In this document: positions 51,220-60,880 of the stretch, piece after piece
Layout: each line of letters starts with the position of its first letter
How positions within the stretch are numbered: position 1 is the first letter of the stretch
DNA from: Alphaproteobacteria bacterium
GTDB taxonomy: Bacteria > Pseudomonadota > Alphaproteobacteria > CAAHEQ01 > UBA3637
Length of the DNA: 64,000 nucleotides
Direction: 5' to 3'
Assembly: GCA_045605805.1 (NCBI GenBank)
Contig: JAZUQR010000027.1
Span: 128,001-192,000, forward strand
The notes under the pieces: generated by a model
Database searches by the model: none
What the model saw: only the letters and a program-made list of their open reading frames with translations
What the model was told of the DNA's origin: nothing
Made by a program: the position numbers and the translations under genes

Positions 51220-52708
51220 ACCAATGCTCCCTTGCTTTCATAATCAAGGCATTCGCATCATCTTCGGACAATTCCGAACCAACAATTTCTTGAAGTTCAT
51301 CACCGGCCAAATCAGCCAAATCATCCAAAGTTTTCACACCTTTTTCACCTAATTTCACCAACATTTCTTGGGTCAATCCCTCAAAACTGGACAAGTCTTC
51401 GGCTAAATCTAATTCTTTAAGTTTAGCAGCCAATTCAGATTCTTTGGCCACCAAATAAGCCTTTGCCCGATTTTGAAGTTCTGTGGCCAAATCCACATCA
51501 AAGCCTTCAATGCCCGCCAATTCATCCAATTCAATATAAGCAATATCTTCCACTTTGGCAAAGCCTTCTTGCACCAACAAATGAGCCATCATATCATCCA
51601 CATCCAAGGCAGACATAAACAAATCCACACGGCCTTTTGTTTCGGCTTGACGATGTTCGGATTCTTGTGCCTCCGTCATCATGTCAATATGCCAACCGGT
51701 CAATTGGCTGACCAAACGGATGTTTTGCCCTCTGCGACCAATAGCCAATGACAGTTGTTCTTCGTTCAAAACAACTTCCACATTTTTGGCTTCTTCATCA
51801 ATCACAATTTTCAACACTTCATTGGGGGCCAAAGCATTGATGATAAATGTGGCCGGATCATTAGACCAAGTCACCACATCAATTTTTTCACCCTGCAATT
51901 CGTTGATAACAGCCTGTACCCGAATCCCACGCATACCGATACAAGCCCCACGAGCATCCAAAGTGGAATCATTTGAATACACAGCAATCTTAGCCCGAGA
52001 ACCTGGGTCACGAGCAACTGCTTTTATATCAATAATACCATCATAGATTTCTGGCACTTCGGCCTTAAATAAAGCGGCTAAGAAATCCGGATGAGAACGG
52101 GTTAAAAACACCTGAGGACCACGCACTTCGTTGCGCACATCCAAAACCAACGCCCGAATGCGATCCCCCACCCGATACATTTCTCTGGGAATCATTTCAT
52201 CACGGCGCAACAAAGCCTCTGTCCGCCCCATTTCCACAATGATATTACCGGCTTCCACCCGTTTCACAACACCATGAACAATTTCGCCTTTTTTATCTTT
52301 CATTTCTTCATATTGTTGGCTGCGTTCAGCCTCACGCACTTTTTGCGTAATCACCTGTTTTGCTGTTTGAGCCGCAATCCGACCAAAGTCCATTGGCGGC
52401 AATTCATCCACAATTTCATCACCGATTTTGGCAAATGGATTGTTTTTGCGGGCTTCTACCAAACTGATTTCCCGAAACTCATCCATCACTTCTTCCACAA
52501 CGGTAATGTATCTGGCCATACTGATAGAACCGTTATTTGGATCAATTGTGGTACGAATATCGTATTCAGGGCCATATTTACTGCGCCCAGCTTTGGAAAT
52601 ACCTTCTTCCATAGCTTTCAAAACAGCGGCTTTTTCAATACCTTTTTCATGGGCCAAAACATCGGCCATTTGAATCAATTCTGGTCTGGGAAGTGTTGCA
52701 TTATGCAT
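51209..52708 (-). CDS. nusA: Transcription termination factor NusA
   Basis: FGRIAAQTAKQV, ARDPGSRAK and LAIGRRGQN motifs; C-terminal acidic repeats. Confidence 0.98.
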   Translation of the reverse strand: MHNATLPRPELIQMADVLAHEKGIEKAAVLKAMEEGISKAGRSKYGPEYDIRTTIDPNNGSISMARYITVVEEVMDEFREISLVEARKNNPFAKIGDEIVDELPPMDFGRIAAQTAKQVITQKVREAERSQQYEEMKDKKGEIVHGVVKRVEAGNIIVEMGRTEALLRRDEMIPREMYRVGDRIRALVLDVRNEVRGPQVFLTRSHPDFLAALFKAEVPEIYDGIIDIKAVARDPGSRAKIAVYSNDSTLDARGACIGMRGIRVQAVINELQGEKIDVVTWSNDPATFIINALAPNEVLKIVIDEEAKNVEVVLNEEQLSLAIGRRGQNIRLVSQLTGWHIDMMTEAQESEHRQAETKGRVDLFMSALDVDDMMAHLLVQEGFAKVEDIAYIELDELAGIEGFDVDLATELQNRAKAYLVAKESELAAKLKELDLAEDLSSFEGLTQEMLVKLGEKGVKTLDDLADLAGDELQEIVGSELSEDDANALIMKAREHWFGE

Positions 52709-53195
52709 GTTGTTTTTTTCCTTTCTTGTTGTCTAATGTTTCATCCTTAAAAGTCAATTTTGCCTTGACAATATCTTCAAAGTCAAAAGTGATATCCTGT
52801 CCTTCAAAATCCATGGTGATTTTGCTGTTTTCCACAGACTTCAAAGTTCCCTTAAATCTTTTACGGCCATCAATATCCCGCATCAATTCCACCTTGGCAT
52901 CTTCACCCAAAAAGCGTTCATAGTCGGCCAATTTTACCAACGGACGATCAATCCCCGGAGAAGAAACTTCCAACACCCAACGGCCATTGAAAGGATCTAC
53001 CACATCTAACAAAGCACTAACTGTATGACTTATTTTTTCACAATCATCCACTGTCATATCCGTGCGATCTGTGCGTTCCGCCATCACTTGAACGGTTTTC
53101 ATATCCCCACCGTTCACCGCCACACGCACAAGATCATATCCCATATCTTGCAACGCAGGCTCAATAGCCTCTTCAATTGTTTGAATCAATTCCAT
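52701..53195 (-). CDS. rimP: Ribosome maturation factor RimP
   Basis: LEVSSPGIDRPL and GRKRFKG motifs. Confidence 0.97.
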   Translation of the reverse strand: MELIQTIEEAIEPALQDMGYDLVRVAVNGGDMKTVQVMAERTDRTDMTVDDCEKISHTVSALLDVVDPFNGRWVLEVSSPGIDRPLVKLADYERFLGEDAKVELMRDIDGRKRFKGTLKSVENSKITMDFEGQDITFDFEDIVKAKLTFKDETLDNKKGKKQHA

Positions 53196-53217
53196 TTTTT
53201 CTCCTTGTAAAGTTTAA

Positions 53218-53240
53218 GTGGAGCTCTTTTGAAGCCCCAC
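53218..53240 (-). promoter_or_regulatory. rimP-leader hairpin
   Basis: GTGGGGCTT-CAAAA-GAGCTCCAC stem just upstream of the rimP RBS, as commonly seen at this locus. Confidence 0.55.
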
Positions 53241-53316
53241 CCGTTTGTTATCATCTCAGGAAGTATGTAAAGATTATAATCAATTTTTTTTGATTTGTCA
53301 ACAACTTTTTATCAAA

Positions 53317-54039
53317 CTAAACCACACCACCAAATCGTCTTTGACGACGAGCAAAAGATTCCAAAGCCAAATCCAAATCCTGTTCATTAAAATCTGGCCA
53401 ATAAATCGGGGTAAAATAAAGTTCAGCATAGGCAATTTCCCATAACAAAAAATTGCTAACCCGTTGCTCACCACTTGTCCGAATCACTAAATCTGGATAA
53501 GGAAGGTCATGCGTAGACAAAGCCTCATTGATAATTTTTTCGTCAATAGCAGAAATCATATATTTTCTGTCCATCACATCCAAAGCAATCCGCTTGATGG
53601 CCGTAATGATATCATCCCGAGCCCCATATGAAAGAGCTAATATCACATGAAAATCATGATATTCAGAAGTCTCTCTTTCTACTTCATTCATCCGATCCTG
53701 CATATCTTCTGGAAAACGAGTTCGGTCACCAATAAAAGAAACACGCACCTTTTTCTTTTGAAGTTCCGCCACATCTTCTTTAAGGTATTTTCTAAATAAA
53801 TCCATTAAAACTTTCACTTCCTCTTTTGGGCGTTTCCAATTTTCGGAAGAAAAAGCATATAAGGTCACATATTTGACCCCTCGTTCCTTGGCATGTTCCA
53901 AAATCACACGCACATTTTCGGCCCCTTTACGATGCCCTTCCGAACGAGGTAAGCCCTGTTCCGAAGCCCAGCGACCGTTGCCATCCATAATAATAGCAAT
54001 ATGTTGAGGGATAGTATCAGATTCAACCACAGACGACAT
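53317..54039 (-). CDS. uppS: Undecaprenyl diphosphate synthase
   Basis: HIAIIMDGNGRW, FSSENWKRP and RTSGEQRVSNFLLW motifs. Confidence 0.98.
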   Translation of the reverse strand: MSSVVESDTIPQHIAIIMDGNGRWASEQGLPRSEGHRKGAENVRVILEHAKERGVKYVTLYAFSSENWKRPKEEVKVLMDLFRKYLKEDVAELQKKKVRVSFIGDRTRFPEDMQDRMNEVERETSEYHDFHVILALSYGARDDIITAIKRIALDVMDRKYMISAIDEKIINEALSTHDLPYPDLVIRTSGEQRVSNFLLWEIAYAELYFTPIYWPDFNEQDLDLALESFARRQRRFGGVV

Positions 54040-54040
54040 T

Positions 54041-54595
54041 TTACACTTGTTTAATTTCAGCTTCTTTATTTTTCAAATCTTCGTCCAATTTGGCAATCGT
54101 TTTGTCTGTCAAATCTTGCACTTCTTTTTCATGACGCTTGAAATCATCTTCCGACAAAGAATCTTTAATCGCTTTCAAAGCATCCAAGGCCTCACGACGA
54201 TAGTTGCGCACAGACACACGCACTTCTTCTGTAAAACGAGCAGCAATTTTTACCAATTCCAAACGTCTTTCTTCCGACAAGGGAGGAATCGGTAAACGAA
54301 TCATTTGCCCATCATTCATGGGATTCAGCCCCAAATTGGCTTCTACAATGGCTTTTTCAACTGCTTTAATCAAGCCTTTATCCCAAACGGAAACGGTCAG
54401 CATGCGAGCTTCCGGCACGCTGACATTTCCCACTTGGTTCAAAGGAACCACAGAACCATAGGCTTCCACCATTAAACCATCCAACAAAGCTGTGGAAGCA
54501 CGCCCCGTACGCAAACCGGAAAACTCTTTTTTCAAAGCCTCTTCCGCTTTGGCCATATTTGTTTGCATTTCAGATTTAATTACATCCCAAGTCAT
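54041..54595 (-). CDS. frr: Ribosome recycling factor
   Basis: LRTGRAS, LGLNP and PPLSEERR motifs. Confidence 0.98.
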   Translation of the reverse strand: MTWDVIKSEMQTNMAKAEEALKKEFSGLRTGRASTALLDGLMVEAYGSVVPLNQVGNVSVPEARMLTVSVWDKGLIKAVEKAIVEANLGLNPMNDGQMIRLPIPPLSEERRLELVKIAARFTEEVRVSVRNYRREALDALKAIKDSLSEDDFKRHEKEVQDLTDKTIAKLDEDLKNKEAEIKQV

Positions 54596-54612
54596 GTGAT
54601 TCCTTTCTTTAA

Positions 54613-55497
54613 TTAGCCATTCATTTGTGCAGCTACTTCTGCGGCAAAATCTTCTTGTTTTTTCTCAATACCTTCACCCAAAGCAAAGCGAGTAAAGCCA
54701 GTGACAGTCACACCAGCATCTGCCAACACTTCTTTAACCTTTTTATCTGGGTTCATCACAAAAGCCTGTTCTAACAACACAACTTCTTGATAGTATTTTT
54801 GCATACGACCTTCAACCATTTTTTCAATAATGGCTTCTGGTTTTCCGCTTGCCTTTGCTTGTTCGGCATAGATTTCCCGTTCATGGGCAGCTGTATCTGC
54901 ATCCACATCATCCACGCTTAAAAACTTCGGAGAGGTAGCAGCAATGTGCATAGCCACTTGTTTGGCCACTTCACCGGCATTAGCCCCATTGGCGGCAACC
55001 AACACACCGATTTTGCACAAATCATCACCCAAAGTTGTGTGCATGTAAGGAACAACAGTTTCGCCTTCCAAAACAGCCACACGACGCAAGCTGATATTTT
55101 CACCGATTTTGGCAATCAAAGCCACCACATTGTCTTGCACAGAAGTACCATTCATATCTGTGGCTTTTAAGGCTTCCACATCATTAGAACCATTCAAAGC
55201 AACGGTTGTCACATCTTGCACAAACTTTTGGAAATCAGCATTTTTGGCGGCAAAGTCTGTTTCAATGTTCACTTCAACCAAAGCCCCTTTGTTGCCGGCT
55301 ACTTTCACACCGACAGCGCCTTGATTAGCCACACGACCGGCCTTCTTTTCGGCCACAGACATACCTTTTTTACGCAAAAAGTCAATAGCAGCATCCAAAT
55401 CACCATTTGTTTCCACCAATGCTTTTTTGCATTCCATCATGCCGGCGCCTGTTTTTTCACGCAGTTCACCAACGAGTTTTGCTGTAATTTCAGCCAT
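54613..55497 (-). CDS. tsf: Elongation factor Ts
   Basis: [24 protein letters not shown] and AMHIAA motifs. Confidence 0.98.
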   Translation of the reverse strand: MAEITAKLVGELREKTGAGMMECKKALVETNGDLDAAIDFLRKKGMSVAEKKAGRVANQGAVGVKVAGNKGALVEVNIETDFAAKNADFQKFVQDVTTVALNGSNDVEALKATDMNGTSVQDNVVALIAKIGENISLRRVAVLEGETVVPYMHTTLGDDLCKIGVLVAANGANAGEVAKQVAMHIAATSPKFLSVDDVDADTAAHEREIYAEQAKASGKPEAIIEKMVEGRMQKYYQEVVLLEQAFVMNPDKKVKEVLADAGVTVTGFTRFALGEGIEKKQEDFAAEVAAQMNG

Positions 55498-56265
55498 TTA
55501 TTCCCCCTTTGTTTCTGTTTCTACAATTTCAGCCACTTCTTCGGCAGCGCCCACATCAACGCCAGCTGCTTTCAATTCGGCTTGAATACCATCCAAAGCC
55601 GCACCTGCCATTAAATTGCAGTATAAAGCAATGGCTTTGCCGGCATCATCATTACCAGGAATGGGATAAGTGATATCATCTGGGTTAGCATTGGAATCGC
55701 AAATAGCCACAACAGGAATACCCAATTTTTTGGCTTCTGCAACAGCCAAACTTTCATGTGGCACATCAATCACAAACACAATGTCTGGACGACCGTTCAT
55801 ATCTTTAATACCACCGAAAGAGGCCATCAATTTTTCACGCTCACGTTCAATGTTCAGCTTTTCTTTCTTTGTCAAACCTTCAAAAGCACCTTTTTCTTGC
55901 TTAGATTCAATTTCTTTCAAGCGTTTGATGCTGGAAGAAATGGTTTTCCAGTTTGTCAACATACCACCCAACCAACGTTGATTGACATAGAATTGGCCAC
56001 AACGAGCAGCAGCATCAGCCACCAATTCACGAGCTTGTGCTTTTGTGCCGACAAACAAGATTTTACCACCTTTGGCAGCCACATCACGCACAGCCTCCAT
56101 TGCCCGATACATCATCGGAACAGTTTGAGCCAAATCCATAATATGAACACCTTCCCGTGTACCATAAATAAACGGAGCCATTTTTGGGTTCCATCTGCGG
56201 GCATTATGCCCAAAGTGAACACCAGCTTCAATCAGCTGACGCATAGTAATTGTTGGAATAGACAT
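55498..56265 (-). CDS. rpsB: 30S ribosomal protein S2
   Basis: [17 protein letters not shown] and IPGNDD motifs; GAAAGGA RBS before the ATG at 56265. Confidence 0.98.
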   Translation of the reverse strand: MSIPTITMRQLIEAGVHFGHNARRWNPKMAPFIYGTREGVHIMDLAQTVPMMYRAMEAVRDVAAKGGKILFVGTKAQARELVADAAARCGQFYVNQRWLGGMLTNWKTISSSIKRLKEIESKQEKGAFEGLTKKEKLNIEREREKLMASFGGIKDMNGRPDIVFVIDVPHESLAVAEAKKLGIPVVAICDSNANPDDITYPIPGNDDAGKAIALYCNLMAGAALDGIQAELKAAGVDVGAAEEVAEIVETETKGE

Positions 56266-56279
56266 TTTTATAATCCTTT

Positions 56280-56395
56280 CTTTTTCCAGTTGATCCTCTG
56301 CAAGGCTTAAAATATGCTTAAAACTCATTTTTTAAGCACACCGGAAGCGAATTTTCGGAACACCCGAAATGCGCCTGCCCCGCATGTGTTTTGTC
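56280..56395 (-). promoter_or_regulatory. Putative rpsB (S2) leader RNA
   Basis: Structured 5' UTR: CACATGCGGGG...TTCCGGTG, GCTTAAAA/TTTTAAGC hairpin, GCAGAGGATCAACTGGAA. Confidence 0.55.
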
Positions 56396-56510
56396 ACTTC
56401 TTTATTGAAATAACACACAGAGTATATCAAATTTTTTTCAAAAAATCAAGAAAAAAATAAAACTTCTCCCCCTTCTGTTCAAAGAAAAGATGAAAAAACA
56501 TAAAAAAGTG

Positions 56511-56539
56511 TTGCAAATCAAAAAAAAGTGTTTTATCAT
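56511..56539 (+). promoter_or_regulatory. Sigma70-type promoter for recA
   Basis: TTGCAA-17 bp-TATCAT. Confidence 0.65.
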
Positions 56540-56543
56540 ATGA

Positions 56544-56558
56544 GAACAAAACAAGAAC
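56544..56558 (+). promoter_or_regulatory. Alphaproteobacterial LexA (SOS) box
   Basis: GAAC-AAAACAA-GAAC (GAAC-N7-GAAC) over the predicted recA transcription start. Confidence 0.85.
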
Positions 56559-56582
56559 AAAATTGATAAGGAGTTGAAAAAT

Positions 56583-57617
56583 ATGGAAAAAGATAAAGCA
56601 TTAGAAGCGGCCGTGGCCCAAATTGAACGGGCATTTGGCAAAGGCTCAATCATGCGTTTGGGTCAACAAGATAACAGCGAAGAAATCCCCGCCATCTCAA
56701 CCGGCTCATTGGGCTTGGATTTGGCACTTGGAATTGGTGGTCTCCCCAAAGGCCGTATCATAGAAGTCTATGGTCCGGAAAGTTCTGGTAAAACCACATT
56801 GGCCCTTCATGTAGTGGCTGAAGCCCAAAAGCAAGGGGGCGTCTGCGCATATATTGATGCGGAACACGCCATGGACCCAAGCTATGCCCGCAAATTGGGT
56901 GTGAACATTGACGACTTATTGATTTCGCAACCTGATACAGGGGAGCAAGCGTTGGAAATTGCCGACACATTGGTGCGCTCTGGCACATTATCTGTGTTGG
57001 TGGTAGACTCTGTGGCCGCCCTTGTACCAAAAGCCGAATTAGAAGGCGATATGGGCGATTCACACATGGGATTGCAAGCCCGCCTAATGAGCCAAGCTTT
57101 ACGCAAACTCACAGCTTCTGTGGCCCGAGCCAATACATTGGTTATTTTCATCAACCAAATCCGCATGAAAATTGGGGTAATGTTTGGTAATCCGGAAACA
57201 ACAACAGGGGGCAACGCCTTAAAGTTTTATGCCTCTGTCCGCATGGATATCCGTCGTATTGGTTCGGTCAAAGACCATGAAGATGTGATCGGCAACCAAA
57301 CCCGGGTTAAGATTGTAAAAAACAAAGTGGCTCCTCCGTTCAAAACAGTTGATTTTGATATTTTATACGGCGAAGGCATCTCTAAACTGGGCGAATTGTT
57401 GGATTTAGGGGCCAAAACTGGTTTAGTGGAAAAAGCCGGCGCATGGTTTTCGTATAAAGACGAACGCATCGGACAAGGGCGTGAAGCTGCCAAAAAATGG
57501 TTAAAAGAAAACCCCGAAAAAGCCGCAGAATTGGAAAAAGCCATTCGGGACAATGCCAAAGACATTTCAAAAGAAATGATTGTTGGCGACCATGATGCGG
57601 CCACAGAAATAGAATAA
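56583..57617 (+). CDS. recA: Recombinase A
   Basis: [27 protein letters not shown] and GGNALKFY motifs. Confidence 0.99.
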   Translation: MEKDKALEAAVAQIERAFGKGSIMRLGQQDNSEEIPAISTGSLGLDLALGIGGLPKGRIIEVYGPESSGKTTLALHVVAEAQKQGGVCAYIDAEHAMDPSYARKLGVNIDDLLISQPDTGEQALEIADTLVRSGTLSVLVVDSVAALVPKAELEGDMGDSHMGLQARLMSQALRKLTASVARANTLVIFINQIRMKIGVMFGNPETTTGGNALKFYASVRMDIRRIGSVKDHEDVIGNQTRVKIVKNKVAPPFKTVDFDILYGEGISKLGELLDLGAKTGLVEKAGAWFSYKDERIGQGREAAKKWLKENPEKAAELEKAIRDNAKDISKEMIVGDHDAATEIE

Positions 57618-57636
57618 CTCCTCTGTGTCACATAAT

Positions 57637-57670
57637 AAAAACCGGATATGTTCTGTATCCGGTTTTTTTT
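57637..57670. terminator. Bidirectional terminator after recA
   Basis: AAAAACCGGATA-loop-TATCCGGTTTTTTTT. Confidence 0.85.
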
Positions 57671-57687
57671 GAATATGTTTATAATGT

Positions 57688-57966
57688 TTATTCGCCTTTG
57701 GCAGCCTTCAAAGCCGTTAAAACATTGGTCGCAGCCGTCACTGATTCTTGTGATAAACCAGACTTTTCCAACGCTAAATCCTTCAAACATTGAACTGAAA
57801 CATTTTTGGCCAATGTTTTAATGTCTGTTGTAAATAAAGAACCATCATTCAAAGCAGCATAGGCCTTTTGAGTTAAACAAGCATTCAAAGAAGTGCTGGA
57901 TGTATCGGCATTTTGAACGCAGGCAGTTAAAATAAAAGAACACATAAAAATAAAGAGCTTTTTCAT
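57688..57966 (-). CDS. Small lipoprotein
   Basis: MKKLFIFMCSFILTA-C lipobox; GAAAGGA RBS. Confidence 0.75.
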   Translation of the reverse strand: MKKLFIFMCSFILTACVQNADTSSTSLNACLTQKAYAALNDGSLFTTDIKTLAKNVSVQCLKDLALEKSGLSQESVTAATNVLTALKAAKGE

Positions 57967-58092
57967 AAAAATCCTTTCTGTCATTTGAAATATGTACACC
58001 ATTATAGAAACATTTTGCAATTTTGTCAAATACCTTGACTTTTTAATCAATTTTTGATACAATCCCGAATAATTTCAATAAAGGAGAAGAAA

Positions 58093-59856
58093 ATGAAAAT
58101 GACATATGATGAATTGCGCACATTGTGGTTGGATTTTTATAAATCAAAGCAACACAGCGAAATCCCATCGGCCTCTCTGTTGCCGGAAAATGATGCCACA
58201 GTGTTGTTCACAACGGCAGGCATGCACCCATTGGTTCCCTATCTGATGGGAGAAAAACATCCGGCCGGCAATCGTTTAACCGACATTCAAAAATGCATCC
58301 GCACAAATGATATTGCCGAAGTGGGCGACCATTGTCATTTAACATTTTTTGAAATGATGGGCAACTGGTCATTGGGGGATTATTTCAAAAAAGAAATGAT
58401 TGAATGGAGTTTTGAATTTTTAACTCAAAAATTGGGATTCAAGCCCGAACAATTGGCCGTCACCTGCTATAAAGGCGATGAAAACACCCCAAAAGACGAA
58501 GAAGCAGCCGCCATTTGGCACTCTTTGGGCTTAAAAGACAATCAGATTTTCTTTTTAGAAGATAACTGGTGGGGCTTGGCCGATGGGGGGCCATGCGGGC
58601 CGGATACGGAAATGTTCATTGACAACGGCAAACCAGCCTGTGGCCCAGCATGTAATCCATCTTGCAACTGTGGCAAATACACCGAAATTTGGAACGATGT
58701 ATTTATGCAATACTTAAAGAAAAAAGACGGTACATTAGAACCGCTGTCTCAAAAGAATGTGGATACGGGAATGGGGTTGGAACGCACACTTGCTTTCTTA
58801 AATGGCGAAGGCGATGTATTTATGACAGAATTATTTGAAGAATCTCGCTTGAAATTAGAAGAAATCAGCGGTAAAAAATATACTGATAATTTGGTGCCAT
58901 TCCGCAAAGTGTTAGACCATTTACGCACAGCAGTGTTCATTTTGGGGGATGATAAAGGCATTCCACCAAGCAACACTGATCAAGGTTATGTTTTGCGGCG
59001 TCTTATCCGCATTGCCATCCGCAACTTAAAGAAATTGGATGTCACCGATTTTGTTTTGGCCAAATTAGCGGAATCTGTTGTGAATAAATATAAAAAATAC
59101 TATCCGGAATTGGAACGCAACAAAGCCTTTATTATGGCTGAATTGGAAAAAGAAGAACAATTGTTCAACCGCACAATTACAGCCGGCTTAAAAGAAATGG
59201 ATAAAGTTCTGAACCGTGTTCAAAACAACCTGATTGATGGACAAACCGCTTTTCATCTGTATGACACCTATGGCTTTCCATTAGAGTTCACCCAAGAAAT
59301 TGCCGCAGAACATAATGTTCAAGTGGATGTGGAAGGGTTTAACAAATGCTATGAAGCCCACCAAGAACTGTCCCGTAAAGGGGCCGAACAAAAGTTCAAA
59401 GGCGGCTTGGCTGACCATTCTGAAAAGTCTGCCCACTATCATACCGCCACACACATCATGCACGCCATGTTGCGCCAAATGTTTGGGGAGACAGTGGCCC
59501 AAAAGGGAAGCAATATCACACCCGAAAGAATGCGCTTTGACTTTTCGTTTGACCGCAAGATGACCCCCGAAGAAGTGGCCGAATTGCAAGCCAAAGTCAA
59601 TGCAGTCATTGAACAAAAGATTCCTGTTGTCTGTGAAGAAAAAACATTGGATGAAGCCAAAGCCGAAGGGGCAATCGGGTTATTTGCCCATAAATATGAT
59701 GCAGAAAAGGTAAAAGTCTATACCATCGGCACAGTATCCAAAGAAGTCTGTGGCGGGCCTCATGCCCAAAACACAGGCGATTTAGGACATTTTCGCATCT
59801 TAAAAGAAGAATCTTCTTCGGCCGGTGTCCGTCGCATCAAAGCAGTGTTAGAATAA
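58093..59856 (+). CDS. alaS: Alanine--tRNA ligase, short form lacking the C-Ala domain (587 aa)
   Basis: LFTTAGMHPL, HLTFFEM, DTGMGLER, editing motifs HTATH and CGGPH; ends GVRRIKAVLE. Confidence 0.96.
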   Translation: MKMTYDELRTLWLDFYKSKQHSEIPSASLLPENDATVLFTTAGMHPLVPYLMGEKHPAGNRLTDIQKCIRTNDIAEVGDHCHLTFFEMMGNWSLGDYFKKEMIEWSFEFLTQKLGFKPEQLAVTCYKGDENTPKDEEAAAIWHSLGLKDNQIFFLEDNWWGLADGGPCGPDTEMFIDNGKPACGPACNPSCNCGKYTEIWNDVFMQYLKKKDGTLEPLSQKNVDTGMGLERTLAFLNGEGDVFMTELFEESRLKLEEISGKKYTDNLVPFRKVLDHLRTAVFILGDDKGIPPSNTDQGYVLRRLIRIAIRNLKKLDVTDFVLAKLAESVVNKYKKYYPELERNKAFIMAELEKEEQLFNRTITAGLKEMDKVLNRVQNNLIDGQTAFHLYDTYGFPLEFTQEIAAEHNVQVDVEGFNKCYEAHQELSRKGAEQKFKGGLADHSEKSAHYHTATHIMHAMLRQMFGETVAQKGSNITPERMRFDFSFDRKMTPEEVAELQAKVNAVIEQKIPVVCEEKTLDEAKAEGAIGLFAHKYDAEKVKVYTIGTVSKEVCGGPHAQNTGDLGHFRILKEESSSAGVRRIKAVLE

Positions 59857-59861
59857 ACCCA

Positions 59862-59885
59862 AAAGCCCCGTTCAAACGGGGCTTT
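59862..59885. terminator. Terminator between alaS and the convergent small ORF
   Basis: AAAGCCCCGT-TCAA-ACGGGGCTTT. Confidence 0.8.
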
Positions 59886-59904
59886 CATTTTGAAAAAGTA
59901 TAAC

Positions 59905-60060
59905 CTATCTATCTTTCTTTTTGGAAAAATCCACATGGCGCATATAGCGGTGATGTTTAGCCTTCACAACATTTTCAAAAACAAGCGCACCACCTTTGTA
60001 TAAACCAGAACCACCCAAGGCAATCAAAGCCCCAAGGAACATAATTTGATTTAAGTTCAC
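59905..60060 (-). CDS. Small putative membrane protein (51 aa), absent from the ORF track
   Basis: GTG shares one base with the upstream TAG, AGAGGA RBS; hydrophobic N-half, basic C-half. Confidence 0.5.
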   Translation of the reverse strand: MNLNQIMFLGALIALGGSGLYKGGALVFENVVKAKHHRYMRHVDFSKKKDR

Positions 60061-60716
60061 TATCTTCCTCTATGATGTTTTTGTGCCTGGTATACACATT
60101 GGGCTTTATCTGCTTCTGCCTGACGCTTGTGAATATCTGTAAGAAGACCCTTCAAATACGCTTCTCGTTGAAAAGGCAATTTATTATGGTTCTTTTTTCT
60201 AAATTGTGCATCTTCCTTCCAAATCGTTTCCATTGTTTCAGCAATTTTCAGATGCCTCTGTTTTTGCGCCAAATGTACATTCGCAACGCCTTCGTTTTCG
60301 GCATTATACATTGCTGCATTGGCACATTGGATGCGAGATATTAATGAATCTTTCACCCAATCACGGCCATAATTTTGAGTCCCTTCTATATACGTTCTCA
60401 AATCATTCAAATAGTCTTTATAACACTTCACTTGCATCTCATTACAAAAAACAGCCTTTTTGCGAATATCCCATAAAGTGCTGGATTCATTAATTGGTAA
60501 TTGCCAACCAGCCTCTTCACCATAATTGTAAATACGTTCTGCTATAATCTGTCGCTTTGCTTCTTCCTTGCGTTCAGCGGCCCTCCCTTTGCCGACTGCA
60601 CAGACACCACCGGCAACAATAGAACTAAGAGCAACAGTCAAACCAACCGTTTTCAGTTTGGCAATTGTTTGTTTCTTTTTAAGTTTTGCATGATCTACCG
60701 CTGTTCCAAAAGGCAT
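60060..60716 (-). CDS. Hypothetical membrane-anchored protein
   Basis: AGGAGG RBS, one TM helix after a basic N-terminus, helical body. Confidence 0.75.
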   Translation of the reverse strand: MPFGTAVDHAKLKKKQTIAKLKTVGLTVALSSIVAGGVCAVGKGRAAERKEEAKRQIIAERIYNYGEEAGWQLPINESSTLWDIRKKAVFCNEMQVKCYKDYLNDLRTYIEGTQNYGRDWVKDSLISRIQCANAAMYNAENEGVANVHLAQKQRHLKIAETMETIWKEDAQFRKKNHNKLPFQREAYLKGLLTDIHKRQAEADKAQCVYQAQKHHRGR

Positions 60717-60754
60717 ATTTTGTTCCTCCTGTTAAAAATTGCATCTGTAGATAA

Positions 60755-60783
60755 ATTATACCATAAAACAAAATTTTTGTCAA
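60755..60783 (-). promoter_or_regulatory. Consensus sigma70 promoter for the 218-aa gene
   Basis: Minus strand TTGACA-17 bp-TATAAT with extended -10 TG. Confidence 0.8.
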
Positions 60784-60809
60784 TTTTAGCCCTTTTTGAA
60801 AAGTAAATA

Positions 60810-60841
60810 AAAGAAAAACAACCTATGTATTTCAATAGGTT
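60810..60841 (-). terminator. Terminator, probably the original one downstream of the tRNA-Ser
   Basis: Minus strand AACCTAT-TGAAATAC-ATAGGTT followed by GTTTTTCTTT, 10 bp after the distal CCGCCA core. Confidence 0.6.
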
Positions 60842-60851
60842 ATTTTGAAAG

Positions 60852-60879
60852 TGGCGGGCAATGCTGTGCATAATGGGAA
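60852..60879. repeat. 28-bp att-like direct repeat, copy 1
   Basis: TGGCGGGCAATGCTGTGCATAATGGGAA, identical to 61713-61740; starts with the TGGCGG core of the tRNA 3' end. Confidence 0.95.
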
Positions 60880-60880
60880 C

